A stretch of 64,000 bases of DNA. Source: Eledone cirrhosa (lineage: Eukaryota). The stretch lies in assembly GCA_964016885.1 (NCBI GenBank), contig OZ024740.1, positions 409,448,001 to 409,512,000 on the forward strand. Reading direction: 5' to 3'. How positions within the stretch are numbered: the first letter of the stretch is position 1; each line of letters begins with the position of its first letter. Shown piece after piece: positions 1-13,719 of the stretch. Under the pieces are notes generated by a model. The model worked only from the letters and a program-made list of their open reading frames with translations. It ran no database searches and was not told the DNA's origin. The position numbers and the translations under genes were made by a program.

Positions 1-782
1 ATTGTTAAATCCCTTCACGATTTCTGAACACACTGTTTTAGACTGGTTTAGGGGCTGGTTGAAGTATTCCCTATGGCACTCCCCTATTTTGGGCTAACCT
101 TTCAGCAGAGATATTCTTTCTGATGACTTGGCGGGTGCTATGGAATAATTCTTGTGGCTATAGAGGATCTCCATTGCATCATTGAAATTGTACATGCCAT
201 TCTTGTCCCCATACATCTAAACCTCTGGAGGTTTGATTTAAAAAACAAACATTCATTTTTCAGGCTTTGTCATTATAGGTTGTTGTTTTTTTAGAATATA
301 AGGCGTAAGATTTACAAGAGTTATTCTGTTCACCTTGTACTGAATGCATTTTTGTTTTCCTGTTTCGTTTTGTATTCTTTTCATTTTAAATTCGATGCTT
401 TCGGCAACAACACAATAGAGTGTAAAACTTAGGGGAAAATATTGACCATCATGTTGGCTCCTTGTCTTGTCAGGATGAAGTCAATGGGATGCTAGTGTTT
501 GGAACTGGGATACACATACGTGGTCTTGTGTGCGTGTGTGCGTTCATTTTCTGTAAGATGATGTAGGTAAAACTGAGAACATGCTCCACCAGAGAGAAAG
601 TAACTTACACCATTTGTATTAGTTGCCCCGACTTTATGGTCTCCGATGACTGAATCCATAAATTGTTTATTCCTCCTTACTCTTTAGAATTAAAGTTATT
701 CATTAAGCTAAGAGATTGATAAATTACGGTCCACGTGATATTCAGAAGTCACTGTGTTTGTAGTTATTCTTTATATCATTGG

Positions 783-999
783 CAGGGTGGTGGATTGGCC
801 GTATCGGTAGAGGATAGGGCGCCATGCTTTGCAGCATAGAGTTACGGCCCTTTATGTTCTGAGTTCAAATCCCGCCGAGGTTAACTTTGCCTTTCATCCT
901 TACGGGGTCGATAAAATAAAGTACCAGTCACGCACTGGGGTCGATTTAATCGACTCCCCACCTCCCAAAATTGCTGGCCTTGTGCCTATGTAAGAAACC
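783..999 (+). mobile_element. tRNA-derived SINE, long subfamily (Octopus-type)
   Basis: Pol III A-box-like TGGCCGTATCGG and B-box GAGTTCAAATCCC; central GCCTTTCATCCTTACGGGGTCGATAAA core shared with >12 copies in the window; 17-bp TSD ATTCTTTATATCATTGG at 766-782 and 1000-1016. Confidence 0.9.
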
Positions 1000-1549
1000 A
1001 TTCTTTATATCATTGGTGAAAAAGATTTATTTCAGACACCTTCATTCTATACCTTTCAACGGAAAGTATTAAGCTATGGTTAGACGTTTTGTTTGTCTCC
1101 GTGTTACCGATTTTTAAAATTAATCCAGCGATATTCATATATAAATTGTAAGAAATACGATACAAATATATCCATTCTACCTTGTGAATTTACTTGAACT
1201 AATAACCGATTGTCTTTACTGTATATTATAAAAGGTGGATAGTTTCCAAGATAATTTTCTTTTGAGGACTTAATATAATTATCATCCTTTTCATTACCAC
1301 CTTCGCTTAATTTTGATCTCTACATTCAGAGTTAAATGCTTAAAATCATGTATGCCTCTCCTCAGTTCTCAGAGTTATTCCCAATAATCAAACATAGTAG
1401 GAATATGTGTCAGTTGTTAGAATTAGTACATAGTAAACTGACAGATAACTTATTTTGATAACAACTAACGAAACTAAGATTTCCATCCAATAGTGCACAA
1501 CTTCTCGCCGAGTGCTAACGAGATTTGCGCTTTCTTTCGGGGAGGTAGC

Positions 1550-1856
1550 CAGGGTTGGGTTTAGACCTTGAAGGCCTGGGGAACTTCAGGGGGGGGGGGG
1601 GGGGGCTCACACACGAAGAATTAGAATACACAGCAAACCTCCCAATTTTACATATCAAAGTTAGCTTGGCGCAAGTAATTGGAATTAAAAAGTTATAGAT
1701 ACAGGTATTACATTCAAAAATTCTAACCATCTTAAAACTAAAAATTACAGCTGAGGGCGCAAGTAAATTGCTACGGCCGTCGTTGTTGGGGCACCCCACT
1801 GCATAGGACCCGGGGCAATTGCCCCCTTTTTCCCCCACCCACTAAATCCGGTCCTG
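1550..1856. mobile_element. hAT-type MITE
   Basis: Imperfect TIRs CAGGGTTGGGTTTAG / CTAAATCCGGTCCTG; exact 8-bp TSD GAGGTAGC at 1542-1549 and 1857-1864. Confidence 0.8.
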
Positions 1857-2075
1857 GAGGTAGCAGTGCAGGTTTAGAATTCTTTAGATCCTGAAGCGAC
1901 TGGGATTTACATGGAGGTGTAGATAGCAGTCATGACAGAACCATTAGACCAAAAGCAGAAGCAGACATCCAGACCTGTCTAAATATCTCAGTACATTTCT
2001 GTGCACCGCACGTAGATGTGCATATAATGTTATTTTACTAGTAAGCCTGTACATTAAGTAGTTCACCTTGATTTA

Positions 2076-2296
2076 CCCTTTAGCACTTAAACCGGCCATA
2101 ACCGGCCAGAATTCTCTCACCTCTTTCCGTTCAAACTGGCTGTAACCGGCCACTCATACTGATGTTAAGGTATTGATCTCAAAATAAATAATATCAAAAT
2201 CTCATAGATTCGATATTATGTAAGATAATTATGTGAGATAAAGCCTTTACTATGAAAATACAATAGTAAATATAGAGTAATATAAATGCTAAAGGG
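2076..2296. mobile_element. piggyBac-type MITE (copy 1)
   Basis: TIR CCCTTTAGCA...TGCTAAAGGG, flanked by TTTA/TTAA; homologous copies at 24267 and 51152. Confidence 0.85.
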
Positions 2297-3314
2297 TTAA
2301 AAATGACGAAAACATTCTAACTATACTTAAATCTCTCTGGCTGGAACATTCTAGACATAGTCATAACGTCAACAGGCCGGCATCTTTTTATATTGACAGA
2401 GTACCAACTTAGTAGTAACAGCACTAGTTACCTTAGATCTTTCTCTCGGTGCTAAGGAAGTAAAGTATGGTAACAAAACTATAATTCATTTTTATTGCAG
2501 CGAAAATCAAACCTAAATCCCACATTTGTTTTATAAATACCTTCTCGCTTGCATGTTTCCAGTTCACACACATGGACGAGCACGCACTCACATGATAAAG
2601 AAACCGATACCCATATACATATATATAACAATAATAGCAAGTATTCGAAATGTTGTAAAACTGGAATGATTGGTTTCAATGATTGTCATTGCTGAGGAAT
2701 ATATGTGACAACACGAAACAATAATTGAGGACAAAAGAGAAAATACTTTTTAAAAAAAAATATGTTATTTGATAACCATAGAATATTTGAGAAAGAAAAA
2801 AACTAAAGGAATATTTATGCTTTGTAAGACTTATCGATAAAAAGAAGTTGGTGTGGAAAATTTTGTATTTATTGCAATATTTCATGTGATAATTTTCATT
2901 CAAATGTGAATTCCGTTTTATTTTTTTTATTTTCTTGTGTGTATTTTTTGTGTATAATTTTGTGTTTTTTTTGTTTGTTTTGTGTTTGTTTGTTGTTTTT
3001 TTTGTTTATTGTTGTTGTTTTTTTGTTAATCAGATACGACTAGGTTCAACATTATTATTTCTGTAATCAGTAAAACAAATAGCAGTCATCAACTGATATA
3101 ACCAACTTCCTCCTTCCCGCCAAAAATTGCTAGCTTTGTTCAAATATTAGTTGCCATAGAGGCTTCATAGAAGTGACGAAGTTTTATCTTCGTACACTGA
3201 TAGACGTCTAAATACATCTGACTGATAAAATGTCAAGTCAGTCAATCATATTGGTGGCCTCCCTATAGCCCCGGCGGACAGAATAGAGAAGGCGGTAATC
3301 GGAACAGCCGAAAT

Positions 3315-3496
3315 CAAACCTGCCAACTCTCCCCATCGGACTCTCCCCATATTGGGTGGGTGAGAGATGTCTTCTCTTGTAAAAATCGATATAGCTTTCA
3401 TTATGTAAAATCGCCCCATTTTGCCTTATTTCTCCCCGTTTTGCGACATTTTTTTCAAGGTACTGCCCGTTTGATTTTTAGAGGTTGGCAGGTTTG
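3315..3496. mobile_element. MITE with CAAACCTGCCAAC TIRs
   Basis: CAAACCTGCCAAC at 3315 and GTTGGCAGGTTTG ending at 3496; imperfect flanking repeat CGAAAT/CGAAGT. Confidence 0.65.
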
Positions 3497-3669
3497 CGAA
3501 GTAATGTATTGGAGTTGTCGTGTACTGGGGTAGATTTAATTGAATATATTCCTCTCGTCCTATAAAACAGAAATAATTTATTAAAAATAAAAAATGCCTT
3601 TTAACCTTTTGGGTTTTATGAAAAACAAAACCATTTTATCGGTTATTTTAACGATCATTATTTCCCGCC

Positions 3670-4118
3670 AAGGAGGGCGGTGGAATGGCAGTATCGGTAG
3701 AGGGGCGGAGGCCATGCTTTGCAGCATGGAGTTACAGCCTTTGATGATCTGAGTTCAAATCCCGCCGAGATAAACTTTGCCTTTCATCTTTACGGAGTCG
3801 ATAAAATAAAGTATCAGTCACGCACTGGGCTCGATTTAATCGACTTCCTCCTCCCCCAAAGTCGCTGGCCTTGTGCCTATATAATAAAACCATTATTTCC
3901 CGCCAAGGAGGGTGGTGGAATGGCAGTATCGGTAGAGGGTCGGAGGCCATGCTTTGCAGCATGGAGTTACGGCCTTTGATGATCTGAGTTCAAATCCCGC
4001 CGAGGTTAACTTTGCCTTTCATCTTTACGGGGTCTATGAAATAAAGTACCAGTCACGCACTGGGCTCGATTTAATCGACTCCCCCAAAATTACTGGCATT
4101 GTGTCTATACTAGAAATA
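3670..4118 (+). mobile_element. Tandem pair of tRNA-derived SINEs
   Basis: Two SINE units (3670-3891, 3905-4118) separated and flanked by three copies of ATTATTTCCCGCC (3657-3669, 3892-3904, 4119-4131). Confidence 0.9.
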
Positions 4119-4442
4119 ATTATTTCCCGCCTAGATATATCACATTGTTAACTATCAAAAGAAAAGTCAAACTCTAACAGTCAATAACATCTGTTGTCTT
4201 GGTTATTTAACATATATACACACAGAATACAGACGACAAAAGGAAAATACACTTTTTTTATACGAAGCTTTAAAGGAAATTTCCATTCTCAGCCATTTGT
4301 TAATGTAGATATGACTCAGACAATAAACCGTATTTTATATCTTCTCAGTGCACACGTTGTCAGTGTGTGTGTATGTGTGTGTACATACATACATTCATAT
4401 ATACACACACATACAAACATACTCCTCCCCCATATTAATATA

Positions 4443-4584
4443 CAGTAAAATTCCGTTATAACGAAATTCACAAGGTATAAAAAAATTCGTTGTAACGAGA
4501 TGGAGGGTGTGGCTGGGAATTGAAAAAAAGATTTCGTAATGCTGAAAAATTCGTTATAATGGTATTCTTTATAACGGAATTTCA

Positions 4585-4587
<3 letters not shown>
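4443..4587. mobile_element. pogo/Tigger-type MITE
   Basis: TA-CAGTAAAATTCCGTTATAA ... TTATAACGGAATTTCACT(A) inverted ends with internal TTCGTTATAA subterminal repeats. Confidence 0.7.
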
Positions 4588-4621
<34 letters not shown>

Positions 4622-4626
<5 letters not shown>

Positions 4627-4824
4627 TTCAAAATATTAACAAAAATAGACATTCGTGATATTTTATTATATATTTTATTATATATATACTTGATTACACG
4701 AATGTCTATTTTTGTTAATATTTTGAATTAATATTAATAACTCCGGAAAACCGTTTCTGTTGAGTGCTTCCAATCTATTGTAAAACTAATTCTTTGATGT
4801 ATTTATTGAACCTTGTTTAACCTT

Positions 4825-4828
<4 letters not shown>
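4622..4828. mobile_element. Fold-back Penelope-like pLTR remnant in (TA)n
   Basis: Inverted arms 4622-4658 / 4697-4733, then a unique tail ending in (TA)n; tail resembles the reverse complement of 17360-17450. Confidence 0.5.
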
Positions 4829-4873
<45 letters not shown>

Positions 4874-4958
4874 AGTAAGATTGCTCGGATCCATCCATAG
4901 GAGGTATGCCAGTTGAGTACTCTATGTTCCTTTGGAGCAGAGTATAATATTCGTTTCC

Positions 4959-5032
<74 letters not shown>

Positions 5033-5042
5033 ATATGGATGA

Positions 5043-5091
5043 GATTCTACAGGACGAGAACTGTTTCATTCTTTAGAAATCATCAGAAATC
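5043..5091 (-). ncRNA. Type I hammerhead ribozyme motif
   Basis: Minus strand: GATTT-CTGATGA-TTTCTAAAGAAT-GAAA-CAG(ttctcgtc)CTG-TA-GAATC; stems I, II and III pair; GUA cleavage triplet. Confidence 0.7.
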
Positions 5092-5392
5092 TGGGTATCA
5101 AAAAATAAATATGGTATTTATAGGTCTCTTCAGGTGGTAGGAGAGGGTGGGGAGTAGGATGGGTAGAGGTCATTGGTTGATAGAAAAGGGAATTCATTAA
5201 AAGCTAATTCTTTAAGGTTCTACTTAGTGACAAAGGTCTAGAGAATTCTATGGACCAGTTCAAAATATTGAGTGCATATCATACCATTATCTTCAAATTC
5301 TCTTAAACTACATTCCAAAAGTCAACAGACACAATCACAAACACACACACTCACACACTCCCCCCCCCTATATATATATATATATATATATC

Positions 5393-5573
5393 GGTGGATT
5401 GGCAGTATCAGTAGAGGGCCGGACGCCATGCTTTCTAGCATAGTTACCTCTCTTTACGATCTGAGTTCAAATCCCGCCGAGGTTGACGTTGCCTTTCATC
5501 CTTACGGGGTCGATAAAATAAAGTACCAGTAATGCACTGGGTAATTGCTGGCCTTGTTCCTAAAGTAGAAACA
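5393..5573 (+). mobile_element. tRNA-derived SINE, short subfamily
   Basis: Same head and core as 783-999 but lacks the GTCGATTTAATCGAC segment. Confidence 0.85.
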
Positions 5574-5575
5574 AT

Positions 5576-5639
<64 letters not shown>

Positions 5640-5663
5640 CACACATACACACATACACACATA

Positions 5664-5705
<42 letters not shown>

Positions 5706-5844
5706 AAACCATATAAACATATATACATACATACATATATATATAGAGATAGATAGATATATACATATACATACATATACACACATACACACATGTGTAC
5801 ACATATACACACATATACACGTACATACACATATACATACATAT

Positions 5845-5893
<49 letters not shown>

Positions 5894-5928
5894 TATATAT
5901 ATACATATACACACATACACACACACAT

Positions 5929-5971
<43 letters not shown>

Positions 5972-5983
5972 TATATTTATATA

Positions 5984-6018
<35 letters not shown>

Positions 6019-6026
<8 letters not shown>

Positions 6027-6950
6027 TGCCCCCTCGTTATCGAGTATGGCCATTGCACGAGGAGAAAAAAAAATTAATAAATAAATAAAAAATAAAATAA
6101 AAAAAAAAGATATATATATATATATATATACATTATATATATATATATATATACACATATACATACACATATACACACACACACATATATACACACACAC
6201 ACATACATTAATAATAATAATAATAATAATAACAACAATAATAATAACGACAACAACAATAATAATATACATATACATATATATATACACATTCACGCAC
6301 ACACATAAACATATCTATACACACACACACACGATAGCAACTAACAGTGCTGCAATCGAATGTGGCTTTTTAACCCAGCCAATGATCTAAAATGTCTTGC
6401 ACAGAGTCGGCAACCAAAACATTCACTGGGATAGTCGGCTGTGGTTGGAGTTCGTGTACTTTTGCATGTCGCTTGAGCCCTCCTGCTGATTTACATTCTC
6501 TACCACATGTTTGGCAAGCATGATGAGTAGCATCTCCAACAGCAGCCTGGTAGTCAACCACTGGTCTTACTTTATGACTGCGAAGATGACTTTCGAGTCC
6601 AGCTTTGCTTAGGCAGAGTCTCGCACAGATGCTGCATGTCAGCACCATATGAGGACCCTCGCCGTCTGGAAGTGCAACGGCAATGCCCTTCCTCACATCC
6701 CGCTTTACTTTCTCGTGTGCGATTCGAGATGCCTCAAAGCCAACTTTTCCCTCATATACAGTCTTTCTCCATTTATTACGATCAGCAGCAATATTTTCCC
6801 ATCTATCAGCAGAGATGTTAGCGTCTTTCAGAGAGGCTTTCAAGGAATCCTTATACCTCTTTTTTGATTTATGTGGCGGTCGTTTTCCTTTAACCAACTC
6901 TCCATAAAAGAGTTGTTTTGGTATCTTTTGGTTAATCTTTGTATTCTGAA
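6019..6950 (-). pseudogene. RTE-clade LINE 3' fragment with C-terminal C2H2 zinc fingers and 3' tail
   Basis: Translation PKQLFYGEL..GKRP..K.KRYKD.LK, WE.IAADR.KWR, CSICARLCLSKAGLESHLRSH, CQTCGRECKSAGGLKRHAKVH; putative tail at 6019-6060 separated from the ORF by microsatellites. Confidence 0.8.
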
Positions 6951-6961
6951 ACATCAATATA

Positions 6962-6999
<38 letters not shown>

Positions 7000-7200
7000 G
7001 AAATCATATCCGCTCTCTTGCACTGGAACCCTGACTCCAGCCTGACTAGGAGTAGGAAGCTGTCACTCCCTGACGTTATCTCTAGGGATACGGGAATCAG
7101 CAGACAGGACCTGGGGGCAGCGATGGGGGACAGGGGATTCTGGGGCATGAGAGTGAGATCCATCATCTCGACAGTAGTCGACGAGTGATGATGATGATGA
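7000..7200 (+). pseudogene. LINE (RTE-X-like) 3' end with (TGA)n tail
   Basis: EIISALLHW.P.....[16 protein letters not shown]...L.AAM.DR.FW motif followed by TGATGATGA. Confidence 0.6.
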
Positions 7201-7216
7201 TATATATATATATATT

Positions 7217-7407
<191 letters not shown>

Positions 7408-7582
7408 TTATATATATATATTGTTATACTTTGGGAGGGTCATGTTGCCAATAAGAAACACACGCACCAGTTGCTTTCACTTCAATTTATTATAATAAAT
7501 TTATAATAAATTCATAAATTTATAAATTTATAAATTTCTGGTTGGTTGGTTGGTTCCACAACCAGATAGTTGTTTATATATT

Positions 7583-7625
7583 GTCATAGTTATTTCGTCA
7601 CACACTCTGTGACCTCTTCAGTGAC
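7583..7625 (-). ncRNA. Minimal type I hammerhead motif
   Basis: GTCA-CTGAAGA-G-GTCACA(gagtg)TGTGAC-GAAA-TAAC-TA-TGAC. Confidence 0.7.
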
Positions 7626-7849
7626 TGGGGATTCCTTTCTTTGTTTCTGTGCCTCTCATTTGTTCTGTCCTACGCCATTTTGTTTCTGTGTGTGTGTTGT
7701 GTAAATAAACAAATAAATAAATGAATATAAACACACACAGACACCCGGATGTGGCGCATGCGCAGACTGAGCACACAACACACACACAGAAACAAAATGG
7801 CGTAGGACAGAACAAAGGAGAGGCACAGAAACAAAGAAAAGAATCCCCA

Positions 7850-7892
7850 GTCACTGAAGAGGTCACAGAGTGTGTGACGAAAGAACTATGAC
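7850..7892 (+). ncRNA. Minimal type I hammerhead motif
   Basis: GTCA-CTGAAGA-G-GTCACA(gagtg)TGTGAC-GAAA-GAAC-TA-TGAC. Confidence 0.7.
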
Positions 7893-8111
7893 AATATATA
7901 AACAACTATCTGGTTGTGGAACCAGCCAACCAACCAGAAATTTATAAATTTATAAATTTATAAATTTATTATAAATTTATTATAATAAATTGAAGTGAAA
8001 GCATCTGGTGCGTGTGTTTCTTATTGGCAACATGACCCTCCCAAAGTATAACAATATCGGTTTCAACACACGATTTCAGATAAAGAATCTTGCTAAACAA
8101 ATTCAGAAACG

Positions 8112-8183
<72 letters not shown>

Positions 8184-8310
8184 ATATTTATATATATTTA
8201 TATTTATATATATTTATATTTATATATGTTTATATATATTTATATATATTTATATATATATTTATATATATATTTATATATATATACATATATATATATT
8301 TATATATATT

Positions 8311-8343
<33 letters not shown>

Positions 8344-8358
8344 ATATTTATATATATT

Positions 8359-8523
<165 letters not shown>

Positions 8524-8569
8524 ATAATAATATATTCTTTGCTTAAACTTTAATCTGTTATTTTAATAA

Positions 8570-8601
<32 letters not shown>

Positions 8602-8776
8602 ATATTTATATATATTTATATATATATATATATTTATATATATTTATATTTATATATATTTATATTTATATATATTTATATTTATATATGTTTATATATA
8701 TTTATATATATTTATATATATATTTATAAAATAAAGTTAAATAAAATCAAATGATTAAAATTTAGCTTCGTTTATT

Positions 8777-8831
8777 ACTGCTATATATATTTCAGTGACA
8801 GCCATCTTTGGCTGTGACCTCTTCAGGCAGT
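8777..8831 (-). ncRNA. Minimal type I hammerhead motif
   Basis: Reverse complement of 9411-9465. Confidence 0.75.
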
Positions 8832-9175
8832 TTGAATTAGTATGGTATAGACAAGTACATATGTTGTTTAGGTGTATAATATTGTCAATACTCTGATATG
8901 CCCAGTTCGTTGTTGGGTTGTTAATTCACTGAGGAACTGGAGTCATATGAATTCAAACAAACGAATTTCAGTGTCAAAGGTCCCCTTCTCCTCTCATTGG
9001 TCAGTTATTAGAACATTCCTCATTCTAAGTGTTGTTATTGTTGGAGTTAGCTTAAAAATTGATAAAATGGTAGAAGGGACAGGGTGTTAAAGGAACAAAA
9101 TAACAAAAAAAGTGTCAAACTTCCCGTTGGTCAGTTCTGAGAGCATTCCTCATTCAGAAGTCTATAGAATTCTTT

Positions 9176-10098
<923 letters not shown>

Positions 10099-10148
10099 TG
10101 TTCTGCTTATCTTAATATTTATATATATATATATTTATATATATATAA

Positions 10149-10264
<116 letters not shown>

Positions 10265-10281
10265 TTATATATATATATATT

Positions 10282-10354
<73 letters not shown>

Positions 10355-10379
10355 GAGTGGGTAATAGGAACCAGTAAGA

Positions 10380-10471
10380 CCCCGACAGCTGAGCTCAAGC
10401 CGTTTTGACGGCTAATTCTGGACTAAATGAACATTTATCCTGGTATTTAAATAGCCGATCTTCTCAAGGGG
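10380..10471 (-). ncRNA. Hammerhead variant in left pLTR (GAAA mutated to AAAA)
   Basis: Reverse complement of 13720-13811 except the G12 position. Confidence 0.55.
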
Positions 10472-11345
10472 TAATTCCATATATGGTCAAAGTGATTGTC
10501 AAAAATCAGTAGTAATTCTGTGGTTGCAAATTAGTAGGGGAGATGGTGGCTAAACCTGCCAGTAGGAGAAAGAGGGGAGGGGGTGGAGTAGACCCAATCA
10601 AGCGTTGGTAGTGCCAGCTACAGCTGGGCATGAGGTCAAAGAAGATACAGGGGAGGGGGAGGGGGAGGAAGTCGGAACGGTAGGTAGAACAATGGGGGGT
10701 AAAAATAGGAAAGAAAAAATACTGAGAGTGAAGAAAAGCAAATAAGTGTAAAGAAAAAATTAAATTCTACGACCTAGGTGTCAGGCTATTGTTAGGCGAG
10801 AATAAAATAAAGAAAGAAAGAAAGAGGTAAATAAATAAATAAATAAATAAGGAAATAAGTAAAAGAACTAGGTGGGACGAATTAGGCAAGGACCCTTTTA
10901 AGGGGTATAAGTACGTAAATGATACGGTGACTGGTCAACAAAAGGGGCCAAAATACTAAAGAGACTACCACGAAATAAACAATAAAGGTTTCCATCCCGG
11001 GCCAGCAACGACCCAGTGCAGCAAAGTGAACTTGTACGACATAATAATTCTGAGTCCCGGGAAAAATATATACTAATGCTAACTCTAAAAGATCTAAAAC
11101 AAGCTACATGAAAGTTCGTACGAAATAAAGGTAGAATACGGAGAAATAAGTTCAGAATCCACCCCGCCCAGAAGAAAAGCGAAGCAAGAAATACTGAAAC
11201 GAAAAAATAAGGCATAAGTGCCACTAAGAAATATAGAGGGCACAGAGAATAGTGGGAGCGGTCGGAAAAGGGGGGCAAGTATCCGGGGTCTAAGCCAACT
11301 GCTATAAAGGGCGGAGTCCGCCAAATCTATCAAAGACTAGGGGAG

Positions 11346-12620
11346 ACAGTCTTACTCTTTGACGACTCTAAATGGATAAAAAGAGCTCCCGACTCACCCT
11401 TCGACGTCAGCATGGGCGCCACGGATTCGGCGGAGGTCACTGATCTTATAGGATTATTCCTAATAGCCAAACTCACTGATATGTTTCCTGCATTCGGTGG
11501 TGGATTGTACCGTGATGATGGGCTCCTTACCCTTAAAGGGTACAACCCCAGTAGTACAGATCGGGTCCGGAAACAATTAATCAGATTCTTCCGCGACTGG
11601 GGATTTAAAATAACCCTACAAACGTCCCTGACCCGAGTAAACTTCCTGGACGTAACCCTCGACCTCGAAAACGACCTGTACTACCCATACAGGAAACCTA
11701 ATGACAATCTGCACTACATCCACCGCCGATCAAACCATCCTAGGAACATCACAAACAACCTGGTCAAAAACATCTCCCTCCGCATATCCCGTTTGTCAGC
11801 TAATGAGCGGATATTCGATGAACATGCGCCTTATTACAACCAGGCCCTCAAGCGGAGTGGTTTCCGGGAGGAAATATCCTACTGTCCAGATCCCATTAGC
11901 GGAACCAGCAGGAGACACCGCCGCTCACGCAATGTAACATGGTTCAATCCTCCCCACAACGCAGAGGTGACTACTCCCATCGGGAAACTATTCTTTAGGC
12001 TCATTGAAAAACACTTCCCATTACAACACCGCTACCACAACATAATTAACAAAAATACCATCAAACTCTCTTACAGCACTACACCAAACTTCGCACAAAA
12101 CATCGTCTCCTCTAACAACAAAAAACTCAACCCCGATGGCAGAAATAACCTAAATAGCAGTGGAGAACCGACCAGGAGGTGTAACTGCCCGGATAGATCT
12201 ATTTGCCCACTCGACAATAGATGCAGAGACCGTAATGTGATCTACCAGTGCAACGTGAGGACGGATACCTCCAACAAAGCCTATATAGGACTTACCGCAT
12301 GTGACTTCAAGACCCGGCTATACCAACATAGACATACCTTCCGAAACCCGGCCCGGCGTCACGCCACTACACTTTCGGGCCACATATGGGACCTCAAGGA
12401 CAACAACATCACCTATGATCTCACTTGGAGATTACTGTCCAGAGCCAATTCTTACACGGGAGGACGCCGTCCGTGCAATTTATGCTCGGAGGAAACTTTA
12501 CAAATGCTGTTTTCGACGGACCAACTCCTAAACAAGAAAGATGAACTGGTTACTGCATGTAAACATAGATTGCGTAGGACTTACCTCGCCCTCAAACCCC
12601 ATAATGACCCGGGGGGGTAG
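11346..12620 (+). CDS. Penelope-like RT (C-terminal half) + GIY-YIG endonuclease, 5'-truncated
   Basis: FDVSMG, GLYRDDGL, FLDVTL, YRKPN, WFNPP, CNCPDRSICPLDNRC, VIYQC...AYIG.T..DFKTR..QH, CNLCSEE, LLNKKDELVTACKH; no internal stops. Confidence 0.9.
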   Translation, partial: TVLLFDDSKWIKRAPDSPFDVSMGATDSAEVTDLIGLFLIAKLTDMFPAFGGGLYRDDGLLTLKGYNPSSTDRVRKQLIRFFRDWGFKITLQTSLTRVNFLDVTLDLENDLYYPYRKPNDNLHYIHRRSNHPRNITNNLVKNISLRISRLSANERIFDEHAPYYNQALKRSGFREEISYCPDPISGTSRRHRRSRNVTWFNPPHNAEVTTPIGKLFFRLIEKHFPLQHRYHNIINKNTIKLSYSTTPNFAQNIVSSNNKKLNPDGRNNLNSSGEPTRRCNCPDRSICPLDNRCRDRNVIYQCNVRTDTSNKAYIGLTACDFKTRLYQHRHTFRNPARRHATTLSGHIWDLKDNNITYDLTWRLLSRANSYTGGRRPCNLCSEETLQMLFSTDQLLNKKDELVTACKHRLRRTYLALKPHNDPGG

Positions 12621-13719
12621 ACTAGGGCTATAACACCCCAGTTGCCGATTTTGCAATGGGTAACCCCTGCTTGCCAAGGAAGACGTAAGATCTTCTTTGT
12701 ATTCTTTTATCGCATCCTTTATTTCCTTCCCCCCTCTCTCCTTTGTCCTTCTACCCCAGCTCTTCTCCTTTGTCGGCGTCTTTTCTCGCCCACCCGAGGC
12801 TGCCCTTTGGCCCCATGTAGCCTTAGTACCCCCACTCCCCCCTCCCCTAGTCTTTGATAGATTTGGCGGACTCCGCCCTTTATAGCAGTTGGCTTAGACC
12901 CCGGATACTTGCCCCCCTTTTCCGACCGCTCCCACTATTCTCTGTGCCCTCTATATTTCTTAGTGGCACTTATGCCTTATTTTTTCGTTTCAGTATTTCT
13001 TGCTTCGCTTTTCTTCTGGGCGGGGTGGATTCTGAACTTATTTCTCCGTATTCTACCTTTATTTCGTACGAACTTTCATGTAGCTTGTTTTAGATCTTTT
13101 AGAGTTAGCATTAGTATATATTTTTCCCGGGACTCAGAATTATTATGTCGTACAAGTTCACTTTGCTGCACTGGGTCGTTGCTGGCCCGGGATGGAAACC
13201 TTTATTGTTTATTTCGTGGTAGTCTCTTTAGTATTTTGGCCCCTTTTGTTGACCAGTCACCGTATCATTTACGTACTTATACCCCTTAAAAGGGTCCTTG
13301 CCTAATTCGTCCCACCTAGTTCTTTTACTTATTTCCTTATTTATTTATTTATTTATTTATTTACTTCTTTCTTTCTTTCTTTATTTTATTCTCGCCTAAC
13401 AATAGCCTGACACCTAGGTCGTAGAATTTAATTTTTTCTTTACACTTATTTGCTTTTCTTCACTCTCAGTATTTTTTCTTTCCTATTTTTACCCCCCATT
13501 GTTCTACCTACCGTTCCGACTTCCTCCCCCTCCCCCTCCCCTGTATCTTCTTTGACCTCATGCCCAGCTGTAGCTGGCACTACCAACGCTTGATTGGGTC
13601 TACTCCACCCCCTCCCCTCTTTCTCCTACTGGCAGGTTTAGCCACCATCTCCCCTACTAATTTGCAACCACAGAATTACTACTGATTTTTGACAATCACT
13701 TTGACCATATATGGAATTA

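Larger units (their letters stand above)
7421..8113. mobile_element. Palindromic hammerhead-bearing Penelope-like mini-element
   Basis: ~280-bp inverted arms (7421-7700 / 7775-8055), each with a hammerhead; flanked by (TA)n; second copy at 57190-57668. Confidence 0.75.

Noticed and set aside
783-999. tRNA genes
   Set aside because: Only A/B-box-like SINE heads; no cloverleaf
6370-7023. 217-aa C2H2 transcription factor gene
   Set aside because: Chimeric reading: (TA)n plus an RTE C-terminus, with the start in an unrelated LINE fragment
11346-12700. Selenoprotein-type Naiad
   Set aside because: No in-frame TGA in the visible ORF and no SECIS quartet seen
10898-13289. Identical 126-aa and 79-aa ORFs on opposite strands
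   Set aside because: Chance frames inside the duplicated inverted pLTR
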